From positions 2,368,001 through 2,432,000 of the forward strand of contig OZ219747.1 in assembly GCA_964291265.2 (NCBI GenBank): 64,000 bases of DNA. The letters are read 5' to 3'. Both the position numbers and the translations under genes were made by a program. Below, piece by piece: positions 41,401 to 51,878 of the stretch. The stretch's first letter is position 1, and every line of letters starts with the position of its first letter. The notes beneath the pieces are model-generated. The model searched no databases. It was given only the letters and a program-made list of their open reading frames with translations, and had not been told where the DNA came from. The stretch is from Alphaproteobacteria bacterium (GTDB lineage: Bacteria; Pseudomonadota; Alphaproteobacteria; SP197).

Positions 41401-44046
41401 TCGTCGCTCGTCACCCGCAGTGTCCCCGCATAGGCCTTCGTCAGCGCCACCGTGTAGGTCGCCGTGGAACCGGGCGCCACCGTCACCGGCGTCCCGGTCA
41501 GCGTGAGCGCCGCCGTGGTGTCGTCCTTGAAGGTCACCGTACGGATGTTCGACCAGGGACCCTGAAGGTTACCCGTTCCCCCGGCGACCCCCGCCATGCG
41601 ATAGCCCGTCGCCCGAACCCGGACCTCGACCGATGCCCCGTCAGGATAGTTCAGCAGAAGCCGATTGTTGCGAGAGCCCGGATTCTGTCTGGCACTCGCC
41701 TGGTTGAGACTGTGATCCGTCCAGGTGCTTGCCCCCTTCAGCCGGGTCTGCGCTCTCCACCAATGGAACTTGGCCGCGTCTTTCACATAGTCGTCCGCAT
41801 CCGATAACTCGTTCGAGCCGCCGGCATGGGTCCAGGTCAGGTCGATCTGCCCGTTCGTCGTCGAAGTCGCCGCCGTCAGCACCGGGGCCGCCGGATCGGT
41901 CTTAGCCGTCACCTGATCCGACCACACCGACTGCTCCCCGGGACGGACCGCCGCGAACAGGCGGAACGTGTAGTCCGTGCCCTTCGTCAGACCCGTCACC
42001 CGGACGCTCGTCCTGCTTGCGCCCGTGAGCGTCGTGGTCGTGCTCCAGCCGCCCGTGCTCTTGTACTGATAGCCCCAGCTCGTGATCGGAATGCCCGTCA
42101 AGGCGCTCCAGCTCAGGGTGACCGAGGCATCGCCCCCTGCCGCCGTCAGAACCGGCTTGGGAACCGTATTCGTCGGCGTCGCCTTCACCTGGTCCGACCA
42201 CACCGACTGCACCCCGGGACTGACTGCCGCAAACAGCCGGAACGTGTATTCCGTGCCGATCGTCAGTCCCGTCACCGTGGTGCTCGTCGTGCTGCCGCCC
42301 GTGACCGTCCGGGTCCTGATCCAGCTGCCGCCCGCGGGCTTGTACTGATAGCCCCAGCTCGCTACCGTCACACCCGACAGCGCGCTCCAGCTCAGGGTGA
42401 CCCTGGCGTAACCCGCTTCGGCGCTCAGCACCGGCTTGGGAACCGCCGCCGACGCCGACGGCGTCGCCTCCACCACCGCCGACGCGGCGCCGTTGCCGCC
42501 GCTGTTCCGCGCCCGGATGCGGAAGCGGTACTCGCTGTCGTTCGTCAGACCCGTCACCGTGTAGCTCACCGTGTCGGCGTCCGAACCGGGAATCGCGGTC
42601 CAACTGCCCCAGGCGGCGGTCCCCTTCCTCTGCTGCACCCGATACCGCGTGATCGAATCGTCGTCCGGATCGGTCCATCTCAGCGTCACCTGCCCGTTGC
42701 CCGCCTCCGCCGACAACCCCGCCGGGGCAGAGGGCGCCATGGTCGTGGTTGTTACGTCGTTGTCAGTGATGGTGAGAATGAGCATGTTGCTGTTCTGCGT
42801 CCAGCCATCCGAACGTGCCAGACTGTTGGGGACAAGCCTCAGGGCGACGGTTTCCCCGGTTCCCTCATCGACCGTGTCGCCCAGTATGCCGATTTTGAAA
42901 CTTCCATTCGTCCCGATGTTAACATTTACAAATGCGTTGTCGCCGAATACACCGGGATAACAGATATCCGCACCGCTGGACGGAGAACTGCAAGATGTGG
43001 TGCCAACATTGGTGTTGTCGGTTGCCGTGCTGCTGGCGGCAACAAACTCAACATCAAATCTCACTCTAGTTGGCGTGCCTTCCCCGAGCTTGACGTTGAT
43101 CGTCACATCCTTCTTGCCGGAATCGCCCTCGGTGATCGTGGTTGACGCGGTCGATATGGTGACGGTCTTGGAAGCGGGCGCGGGGTCGGTGATGGTGACG
43201 GTGGTGGAGGTCGTGACCGCCGTGGCGGTGCCGTCCTGGCCCCTCCAGCTCCAGGTGACCGTATGCGTGCCCTTGCCCAGACTGGCGCAAGGATTGAGGT
43301 TGACGCCGCGCCCCTTCGTGATGCCGGCGGGAGCCTGCGTGATCTCGACGCCGAGGCTCGCGTCGGAGAGCACCGAATGCGCGGTCACGGCCGCCTTTCC
43401 CTGACGCGCCTCCAGGTACGTGACCGTACCTTGCGAGACCGAAAGCAGATTGTAGCACACCTGAGTCGTCGTCTCGGCGGTCCTGATGGTACTGTCCGGG
43501 CCGGAGACCAGCGTCGGGGCCGGCACCTGCGGTGTGGCGCTCGCTTCGCTGCTTTGACGGAAAGCTGTATTGGCAGCAGTCTGCGCGTAGACAATGAACT
43601 GATAAAGGGTTCCGTTCGTCAGGCCCGTTACCGTGTGGCTTCTGGTGCTGCCGTCGGAACCTGGAATAGCGATGGGTGTCCCAGCCCAACTATATGTGCC
43701 GCCATTGATCTTGTACCCCCAACCGGTTAGCACGCTCCCGCTGCCGGTATACGTCCAGTTCAGCGTCACCTGTTCGTCGCCCGCCGTGGCGGTGAGGACC
43801 GGCGATTGCGCCTGCGCGTACTGGGGCGCGAGGGCGGTGGCCAGCGCGATGAGGAAGAGGGCAGCGAATGCCGCCTTCAGGAGGCGGGCGGTTCTTTCGA
43901 GGGCGCCCACCGGCTCAGCTCCGCGCCCTGACTCTTGAGGGGGGGGGGGTACGACGAGTACGGGTTCGCGCGCGTGCGAGGCGCTCAGCACCCCGCCTGA
44001 AGAGCCGCAGGTAATGCATCCCGATATCGTAGGACATCCCCGTCAT
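38493..44046 (-). CDS. Large autotransporter/adhesin with FN3 and Calx-beta-like repeats; frame broken at a C11 tract after the likely start
   Basis: 1832-aa ORF 38493-43991; signal peptide ...FAALFLIALATALAPQYAQA; repeated VTL.W...VTGLTNGT.Y.F FN3 units; beta-barrel ending in W; GGAGG-N9-ATG at 44046 is in another frame. Confidence 0.85.
41880..42446 (-). repeat. Tandem duplicated FN3 module (~279-bp period)
   Basis: ACCGGCTTGGGAACCG at 42151 and 42430; VPKPVL..VTLSWSAL..SWGYQYK..YTFRLFAAV..QSVWSDQV occurs twice. Confidence 0.8.
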
Positions 44047-44411
44047 GACCTTGTCCTCCCGTGCCCGTACCGAATTCCACGCCGCCACCCCGCAGGACTG
44101 CAACGAACCCGTCTGTGCAATCCGTAACCCATCCGCAGGTTGGACGCAACATACGTGCCGCGCCCTCCGCCACCGGGGACCAGGCGATCAAGGATGGCCC
44201 GTTCCGTGTCCGCATCGCGCATCGCCTCGGCTCACCGGGCCCGCACCATCGGCCTCGCCGCCAATGGCGTCGCCGCGCACGGCTGCCGAAGGATCCGCCC
44301 GCGTTGGCGCACCGCACCCGCGCGGCTGCCCCCGCGGTCACGGGTCAAGCCGTCCGCTTGCCCCGCATCGGCTTGGTCGGCGTGCGGTCCAGCCCCCTTT
44401 GCCCGACCCGG

Positions 44412-46701
44412 TCAGTTCTCCGGCGCTCGTGCGCCGACTTCCAGCCGCACCAGAAAAACGACCAGCAGAATGGCGCCGAGAGCGAACACGACATCGCCCG
44501 GAACGCGCATCCAGACCAGGGCTTCCATCAAGGGCGAATGCAGGAGTTCCGGCGTTCGGGCATGCCAGTAGCCCTGATCGAATGAAACCAGCGCCTGCAC
44601 GATTCCCTGGGGCAGCACGGAGCCGAACACCATCAGCGCGAGACCGCCGTTGAACAGCCAGAATACCCACGTCAGGGTCCGGTCCGACCAGCCGGCGGCC
44701 GCCTGCGGCAGGTCGCGCCGGCACAGGAGCAGCAACCCGATCCCGAGCATGCCGTAGACGCCGAACAGGGCCGCATGGCCGTGGGCCGGAGTGGTGAGAA
44801 GCCCCTGCAGGTAATAGAGGGACAGCGGTGGATTGATGAGAAATCCCAGCGCGCCGGCGCCCACCAGATTCCAGAAGGCGACGGCGAGGAAGAACATCAG
44901 CGGAAGGTGGTAGCGCCGCGCCCACGGAGCCATCCGTTCCGCCCGCCAGTGATCGTGGGCCTCGAACCCGATGAGTGCAAGGGGCACCACTTCGAGGGCG
45001 GAGAACACCGCTCCGAGCGCCAGCACCGACTCCGGGGTGCCGGCGAAATACAGGTGATGGAACGTGCCGAGCACGCCGCCGCCGAGGAAGATCATGGCCG
45101 AGAACATGACGTAGATGGCCGCGGTCGCGGCCCGGAGCAGGCGCATGTGAACGAAGACCCACGCAACCCACGCCGTGGCGAAGACCTTGAACACGCCCTC
45201 GACCCAGAGAGGCACGACCCACCATCGCCAGTACTCCGCGATCGTCAGGTGGGTGTCGCGTCCGTAGAGAAAGCCGGCCCCGAACAGCAGCGCCACGCCG
45301 GCCGTCGACAGCAGCAGCAGCACCAGCAGATGCCGGTCCTGACGCGCCTGCCGGATCGCCGGAACCAGGGCTCGCAGCATCAGGCCCAGCCAGATGAGCA
45401 GGCCCGCGAAGATCAGGATCTGCCAGAATCGTCCCATGTCGATGTATTCGTAGCCCTGATGGCCGAACCAGTAGACCCACAGAGGGTCTGTCATGTGTCC
45501 GGTCAGGGTCAGCCACTGTCCGGCAAACGAACCGACGACGGCAACGACCAGGGCGGCCAGGAGCACGTCGACGCCCAGTCGCAGGTAGCGAGGTTCCGAT
45601 CCCGCGATCATGGGGGCAAGGTAGAGTCCGGCCCCGAGCCAGGCCGTCGCGATCCACAACACGGCGAGCTGGACATGCCAGGTCCGGGTCAGCGTGTAGG
45701 GCGCGATGTCGGAGATCGGGATTCCGTAGAAGTCATGGCCATCCACCGCATAGTGCGCGGTGACGGTGCCCGTCACGATCTGCAGGCCGAGCAGGAGCGC
45801 GACGACCCACACGTACCGGACGACGACCTGCATCGACGCCGTCGGCTGCATGCCCGCGACCGGATTGGTTCCGGGACAGCCGTCTCCGGGATCCATGTCC
45901 CGCTGCCACTCGTCGCGTTCGCGCAGGAAGAACCAGCAGAGTGCACCGACCCCGCCGATGAGCAGCACCACCGACACGAAGGTCCAGATGAACATCGAAC
46001 CGGTGGGCTGGTTGCCGACCAGCGGCTCGTGCGGCCAGTTGTTGGTGTAGGTGACGTCGTCGTCCGGACGCAGGGTCGACGCGGCCCACGCTGTCCACCA
46101 CCACCACGCCACCAATGCCCGGATCTCGTCGTCCGGGAGCGCTCCCAGAGGCTGATCGGGAATGGCGAAGGCCTCCCGCAGGGCCCCGGCCTCGGGGTTG
46201 TCGCCGGTACCGCCGAAGAGCGCGGCGTAGTGCAGGATGATCGCCTCGACCGCCGCCGCGCGTTCCGGGGGGATGACGATGCGGCCGGATACGGGGTCGT
46301 GGGTATTCGTCCGCAGGCGCGCGGCGTGGGCGGCAATCCGTGCCTCCTGTTCCGGTCCGGAGAGGCTTGCGAAATCCCCATCCGCCTCGAGCATGGCCAC
46401 GGATTCGCGGTGGAGCACGTTGGCCGTCCAGTCCGGTGCGAGGTAGCATCCGTGCCCCCAGACCGAGCCCAGCTCCATGCCGCCCAGGCGGCGCCAGACA
46501 TCGCGCCCCCCTGTGAATGTCCGCGCGGCTGAACAGCACGGAAGTCCGACCGCCGGCATCCGTGACGATCTCGGAGGGTACCGGCGGCGCCAGTTGAAAG
46601 GCCCTGCCGCCGATCAGAAGCAGAACCCCGAACATGACGACCATGAACACCTCGAAGATCGCCCAGAGACGGGGCATGGTGAAGATGTCCCGATAGTTCA
46701 T
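44412..46701 (-). pseudogene. norB: Quinol-dependent nitric oxide reductase (qNor/NorZ), frameshifted at the G6 run 46506-46511
   Basis: GSVWGHG..APDW, YTNNWP, RTWHVQ, GHQGYEY, GTFHHLYF, HGHAALFGVYG; the N-terminal part from ATG 46701 (AGGAG RBS) is in a different frame. Confidence 0.85.
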
Positions 46702-47667
46702 GATGCTTCTCCTTGGGGTTGGTCCGGGCTGCGGCAACGGCTGCTCCCGGGTCGCGGCGAGGGGAGGGAGTCGAGGCCGGCCCGCCCTGCGGGCGAAGGT
46801 CGCAAAGGCCGGTGCGCTTCCCCTGGCGCGATGCGATCGCTGTACCGCCTGCCCCGCCGCACCTCGAGCCTCGTCGCCGCCCCCATCCGGCACGCTGGCG
46901 AGAGCCCGCATGGTTCCGCCGGACACGATCGGGTCCCTGCAGGACTTGCGGGCGCGGTCCGGCGGCGCCGGGCCCTCGCCCTGCGGCGCCTGCCCGCCGG
47001 ATTCGGACGTCCATTCCCGGCCTTGCGCGACGGGCCGGGCCCGGTGTCCGCGGCGCCCGATGCCTTCCTGCACGGCCCGCTCGCAGGGCGGCAGGGCCTG
47101 GGCGGGTCTGCAGGCCGCCTGCAGCGGGTTTCCGATCGCCGGCCCCGCCGTCGGCCGGAGGATTCCCAACTCGGACAGCATCGTCGAACATGGCAGCCAC
47201 ACCAGCAAGATGCGGTTGAATGTCGCAGCGGGGCAAGGACAGTCCGCGCCGGCCCCGAACGCAACTGCGTTGCCCCTGGCGCGGTCCCGGAGAGGGGAGT
47301 GAAGTGACAAGGAAGTGATCGACGTGGTTCGGTGGGTGAAGCTGCCGCACCGCAAGGCTCATCCAGCCAGCCGGAACCGAGTGTGGCATGGCCTGCGGCA
47401 ACGCCCGTGGTGAAGCGGACAAGGGGGGTGAAGCAGCGCCATCGAGCCTCGAAAGCGCCGCATGTGGGCGCCTTCGTTACGCAGCCGATGTCACCTCGCG
47501 GTCGGCAACGGGGCATGGTGCAGGGTCAGGCGAAACCTGCCGGCGCCCGCCGGTGGACTGTAACATTGCGCAAGCAAGCGTGAATTGAAGGGTCCGGTGA
47601 CGCCTGATAGGGATGTTCACGGGTGCCATACCCGCACCGGGGACGACACCGTGGGGAGTGAGTTCTC

Positions 47668-48543
47668 TTGAAGCAGCACACCATAGCGAATCCGGCGACC
47701 TGGACGGGTATGGGCGTCCACTTCGGCAGGAATGTGACCATGACCGCCCTGCCGGGAACGGCGGATCAGGGCGTGTGCTTCGTGCGCACCGATCTCTCGA
47801 ATGGCGGCCGCGTGATTCCGGTGCGTCACGATCGGGTCGTCAGCACGGATCATTCGACGACCCTGGGCAATGACAGCGGTGCGACAGTGTCGACCGTCGA
47901 GCACTTCATGGCCGCCCTGGCCTTCACCGGAATCGACAATCTGACTGTGGAGATCGATGGTGCCGAAGTGCCGCTCATGGACGGCAGTTCGCTCGAGTTC
48001 GTCAGGAACATCGAGGCCGCGGGCGTGCATGAGCAGGAAGCGCCGCGCCACTACATCCGCGTCCTCGAGGAAGTCGAGGTGCGCCGCCGCGGCGGATGGG
48101 CGCGCCTTTCTCCCCTGGACGGTCGCACCGTGTCGTGCGCCATCGATTTTCCCGACCCGGCCATCGGTTATCAGGAGGCCGCCCTCTCACTTGACGGCAA
48201 CAGTGCGCGCTCACCGGTGGTGGCTGCCCGGACCTTTGCCACCATGGACGACATCAGGAGGCTGAGGGAGCGGGGCCTTGCCCGGCTCGAGGCGGATGAT
48301 GTCGGAGACCTCGAATGTGTCGTCGTCGTCGACGGTGACCGCATTCTCAACCGCGGCGGTCTGCGTTCCGCCACCGAGTGCGCCGAGCACAAGGTTCTCG
48401 ACGCAGTCGGCGACATGGCGCTGGCGCCGGCGCCGATTCTCGGCGCCTTCGAGGGCTATTGCTCGGGCCACGCTCTCAACGTGGAACTGCTGACGGCGCT
48501 GCTGGCGGACCGGGCGGCCTGGGAAAGCACCCTCGACGACTGA
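47668..48543 (+). CDS. lpxC: UDP-3-O-acyl-GlcNAc deacetylase
   Basis: QHTI..GMGVH, TVEHFMAAL, EVPLMDGSS, HKVLDAVGD, SGHALN. Confidence 0.93.
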   Translation: MKQHTIANPATWTGMGVHFGRNVTMTALPGTADQGVCFVRTDLSNGGRVIPVRHDRVVSTDHSTTLGNDSGATVSTVEHFMAALAFTGIDNLTVEIDGAEVPLMDGSSLEFVRNIEAAGVHEQEAPRHYIRVLEEVEVRRRGGWARLSPLDGRTVSCAIDFPDPAIGYQEAALSLDGNSARSPVVAARTFATMDDIRRLRERGLARLEADDVGDLECVVVVDGDRILNRGGLRSATECAEHKVLDAVGDMALAPAPILGAFEGYCSGHALNVELLTALLADRAAWESTLDD

Positions 48544-49457
48544 CCGTCGGACCGTGACCGGCCCTGATTCGCGGTGACCGCAGCGGCCATGTAGTTGACG
48601 GTGCTGTCGGACGACAGGCGCCAGCGGTTGTCGATCACGTGAAACGAAAGGCCGGTGACATCGGTCAGCCGGGCGCCGGAACGGCGGCACTGGCGGACCA
48701 GTTCCACGGGCCTGACGAAGCGCGAGACGTCGTGGGTTCCCCGCGGCACGAGGCGGACAATGTACTCCGCCGTGATCTTGGCCAGGACAAGGGAACGCAG
48801 TGTCCGGTTGAGGGTCGAGAAGATGATGAGCCCGCCGGGCTTCACGCAACGCACCGCAGCCGTGACGAAACTCTCGAGGCTGGCCACGTGCTCGACGATT
48901 TCCAGTGCGAGAAGGGCGTCGTAGGCGGGCCGGGCGAGGGCCAGGTCCTCGAGCGTTCCCTGACGCCATTCGATGCCGAGGCCGGAACGCCGGGCGTGCT
49001 GGCGGGCCACGGCAATCGCTTCGCCTGACGCATCAAGGCCCGTCATCGCGGCGCCGAGACGGGCGAGTGGCTCGCTCACGAGGCCGCCGCCGCATCCGGC
49101 ATCGAGGACGGCCAGCCCCTCGAGAGGGCGCGGATGGTCGTCGTCGAGGCCGAAATGGCGGATGAACCGGCGGCGGATGTAGGAGAGGCGTACCGGATTG
49201 AGACGGTGGAGCATGGCCAGGGGGCCGTCCTCGTCCCACCACTGGTCCGCGAGTTCGGAAAAGGCGCGGACTTCCGAATCGTCGACCGTGGTGTCTCCGC
49301 GGAGCTGCCGGAGCAGATCGAGGTAGTCGGCCCGCCGCCAGCGGTAGCGTTGTCCGCGCCCCGCGTTCAATCCGTGACGCCGCAGCAGGCGGCGGGCCGC
49401 GGCCGGTGTCAGGCCGAGGGCCCGGGCGAGCTCCGCCGTGCCATACCACTCGGACAT
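48456..49457 (-). CDS. ubiG: UbiG O-methyltransferase with an N-terminal HTH-like extension
   Basis: TVDDSEV..F..LADQWWD..GPLAMLHRLNPVRL, LDAGCGGGL, LEIVEHV, GTHD, VNY. Confidence 0.92.
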   Translation of the reverse strand: MSEWYGTAELARALGLTPAAARRLLRRHGLNAGRGQRYRWRRADYLDLLRQLRGDTTVDDSEVRAFSELADQWWDEDGPLAMLHRLNPVRLSYIRRRFIRHFGLDDDHPRPLEGLAVLDAGCGGGLVSEPLARLGAAMTGLDASGEAIAVARQHARRSGLGIEWRQGTLEDLALARPAYDALLALEIVEHVASLESFVTAAVRCVKPGGLIIFSTLNRTLRSLVLAKITAEYIVRLVPRGTHDVSRFVRPVELVRQCRRSGARLTDVTGLSFHVIDNRWRLSSDSTVNYMAAAVTANQGRSRSDGQSSRVLSQAARSASSAVSSSTLRAWPEQ

Positions 49458-49552
49458 TGTCTTGCGTCCCCTGTGCCTTTGCGAGTATGCAGGCGCGGCA
49501 TCGCGCCGTGAAGCCCGGATCGGTCACTGCGGCGCCTTTCCCGGGCCCGGTC

Positions 49553-50776
49553 ATGTCTCTCGTCGTCCAGAAATTCGGTGGCACGTCGCTTGGCGACATG
49601 AAGCGGATGGCAAGGGCCGCCTGTCACGTGAAGGCGGCCCTTGGATGCGGCCATCGCGTCGTCGTGGTGGTGTCCGCCATGGCTGGCGAGACTGACCGGC
49701 TCGTCGCCCTGGCGAGGACTGCCGGCGGGGCTGCCGAGAGCGCCGAACATGATGCCGTCGTCGCCAGCGGCGAGCAGGTGTCGGCGGGACTTCTCGCCCT
49801 GATGCTGCGTGACGCCGGGATTCCCGCGCGTTCGTTTCACGGCTGGCAGGTGCCGCTGATCACGGATTCGTCCCCTTCCCGGGCACGTGTGCTGCGCCTC
49901 GATCCCGAAGCACTGGGCGCCTGCCTGGAGGCGGGCGGGGTTCCTGTCGTGACGGGATTCCAGGGGGTCACGACCGACGGGCGCATCACCACCCTGGGCC
50001 GCGGCGGATCGGACCTGACCGCGGTGACGCTTGCCGCCCGTCTCGATGCCGAACGATGCGACATCTTCACCGACGTGGACGGTGTCTTCACCTGTGATCC
50101 GCGCATCGTTGCCAGGGCCCGCAAGCTCGATATGATCACCTGCGAGGAAATGCTTGAACTCGCGTCGCAGGGCGCGAAGGTTCTGCATGCCCGCTCCGTG
50201 GCCGTGGCCATGAATCACCGCGTCCGCCTGCAGGTGCTCTCCAGCTTCACCGGGGCTCCGGGAACCATGGTTGTCGACGAGGACGAGATCGTGGAACAGC
50301 AGGTCGTCAGCGCCATAGCCTACAGCAAGGATGATGCGAAGATCACGATGATCGGCCTGCCCGATCGTCCCGGTGTCGCCGCGGCACTCTTCGGGCCGCT
50401 GAGCGAAGCCGGCATCAATGTCGACATGATCGTCCAGAACATCTCTCCCGACGGCGAGACGACGGACCTGACCTTCACCGTCGCCGAGGGCGACCTCGGA
50501 CAGGCGCTCGATGTTCTCGCCGAATCGAACCGTGGTCTCGGTGCTGGCGACATCGTTCCCGATTCCTCCGTGGCCAAGGTCTCGGTCGTCGGTGTCGGCA
50601 TGCGCAGCCACGCCGGTGTCGCCGGCAGGATGTTCGCCGCGCTGGCCGACAAGGGCATCAACATCCAGCTGATCTCCACATCCGAGATCAAGATCAGCGT
50701 GCTCATCGCCGAGGACTACCTGGAACTGGCCCTCAGATCCCTGCACTCGGCCTATGGCCTTGATGTCTCCGATTGA
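49553..50776 (+). CDS. lysC: Aspartate kinase
   Basis: VQKFGGTS, VVSAM, TLGRGGSD, DVDGV..DPR, two ACT domains. Confidence 0.96.
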   Translation: MSLVVQKFGGTSLGDMKRMARAACHVKAALGCGHRVVVVVSAMAGETDRLVALARTAGGAAESAEHDAVVASGEQVSAGLLALMLRDAGIPARSFHGWQVPLITDSSPSRARVLRLDPEALGACLEAGGVPVVTGFQGVTTDGRITTLGRGGSDLTAVTLAARLDAERCDIFTDVDGVFTCDPRIVARARKLDMITCEEMLELASQGAKVLHARSVAVAMNHRVRLQVLSSFTGAPGTMVVDEDEIVEQQVVSAIAYSKDDAKITMIGLPDRPGVAAALFGPLSEAGINVDMIVQNISPDGETTDLTFTVAEGDLGQALDVLAESNRGLGAGDIVPDSSVAKVSVVGVGMRSHAGVAGRMFAALADKGINIQLISTSEIKISVLIAEDYLELALRSLHSAYGLDVSD

Positions 50777-51840
50777 GCCGGCCGGTGATGCGCCATAGCG
50801 GACACGAGCGTCTGGCGGCTCTCTGGGAACCCGGACGCAGGCTGCTTGGCGTCGAGAGAGCGATCATGGGCGGCGCCATGACCTGGGTTTCGGAAAGAAA
50901 CTTCGTCGCCGCCGTGGCGGCTGCCGGAGGGTTCGGGGTGATCGCCTGCGGCGCCATGAATCCCGAGCAGCTCGATGACGAGATCACCGGCACGTGGAGG
51001 CTCACCGATCGTCCGTTCGGCGTCAATCTCATTGTCATGCACCCCGATCTTGACCGGCTGATCGATGTCTGCGTTGCCCGCACCGTCACCCATATCGTGC
51101 TGGCGGGAGGACTTCCCCGGGCCGCCACGATCAGGCGTATCAGGGAGGCCGGACTGCGTGTCCTTGCCTTCGCCCCGGCGCTGGCCATCGCACGGCGCCT
51201 GGTGCGCGGCGGAATCGACGGGATCGTGATCGAGGGGATGGAGGCGGGTGGGCACATCGGCCCGGTGTCGACCAGCGTTCTGGCCCAGGAGACTCTTCCC
51301 CATATCGATGGTGTCCCGGTCTTCGTGGCCGGTGGCATCGGTCGCGGCGAGGCGATCGCCAGCTACCTCAGGATGGGGGCGGCGGGCGTCCAGCTCGGCA
51401 CCCGCCTTGTCTGCGCCCGCGAGTCCGTGGCCCATGACAACTTCAAGAAGGCCTTCCTGCGCGCCAGTGCCCGCGATGCGCAGCCCTCGCGGCAGCTCGA
51501 TGCCCGGTTTCCGGTCATCCCGGTGCGTGCCATCATCAATGACGGGGTGAAGAACTTCATGGAGAAGCAGCGCGAGGTGATCACGCGCCATGACTGCGGC
51601 GAGATCGACCAGACCGCGGCACAGCTCGAAATCGAACACTTCTGGGCCGGCGCACTCAGACGTGCCGTCATCGAGGGTGACGTGAAGAACGGGTCCCTCA
51701 TGGCTGGCCAGAGTGTCGGCATGGTGACACGCGAGCAGTCGATGGCCGACATCATGGATGAGCTCGTCGAGCAGGCCGCGCAGGCCCTCTCGGACCAGGG
51801 ACAGATCCCGGCATTGCCGCCGCCGCCGGAGCGGTGGTAG
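50773..51840 (+). CDS. Nitronate monooxygenase/FabK-like FMN oxidoreductase
   Basis: GGAMTWVS, PFGVNL, EGMEAGGHIG, AGGIG, GVQLGTR, SLMAGQSVG; start may be 50788. Confidence 0.88.
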   Translation: MSRPVMRHSGHERLAALWEPGRRLLGVERAIMGGAMTWVSERNFVAAVAAAGGFGVIACGAMNPEQLDDEITGTWRLTDRPFGVNLIVMHPDLDRLIDVCVARTVTHIVLAGGLPRAATIRRIREAGLRVLAFAPALAIARRLVRGGIDGIVIEGMEAGGHIGPVSTSVLAQETLPHIDGVPVFVAGGIGRGEAIASYLRMGAAGVQLGTRLVCARESVAHDNFKKAFLRASARDAQPSRQLDARFPVIPVRAIINDGVKNFMEKQREVITRHDCGEIDQTAAQLEIEHFWAGALRRAVIEGDVKNGSLMAGQSVGMVTREQSMADIMDELVEQAAQALSDQGQIPALPPPPERW

Positions 51841-51878
51841 CATTCCCGCCGGCAGGCATCACATTCCCTGGCTCCCCG

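Noticed and set aside
44412-46701. Calling the qNor variant a nitric oxide dismutase
   Set aside because: It keeps FHH and SALEV and lacks the His-to-Asn and Glu-to-Gln pattern described for NOD candidates.
46702-47660. Possible gene relic (TPR-like IGNPLQAACRPAQALPPCERAV) and an NnrR/FNR box upstream of qNor
   Set aside because: The resemblance is weak and there is no coherent ORF. Only a TTGCG half-site is visible near 46800.
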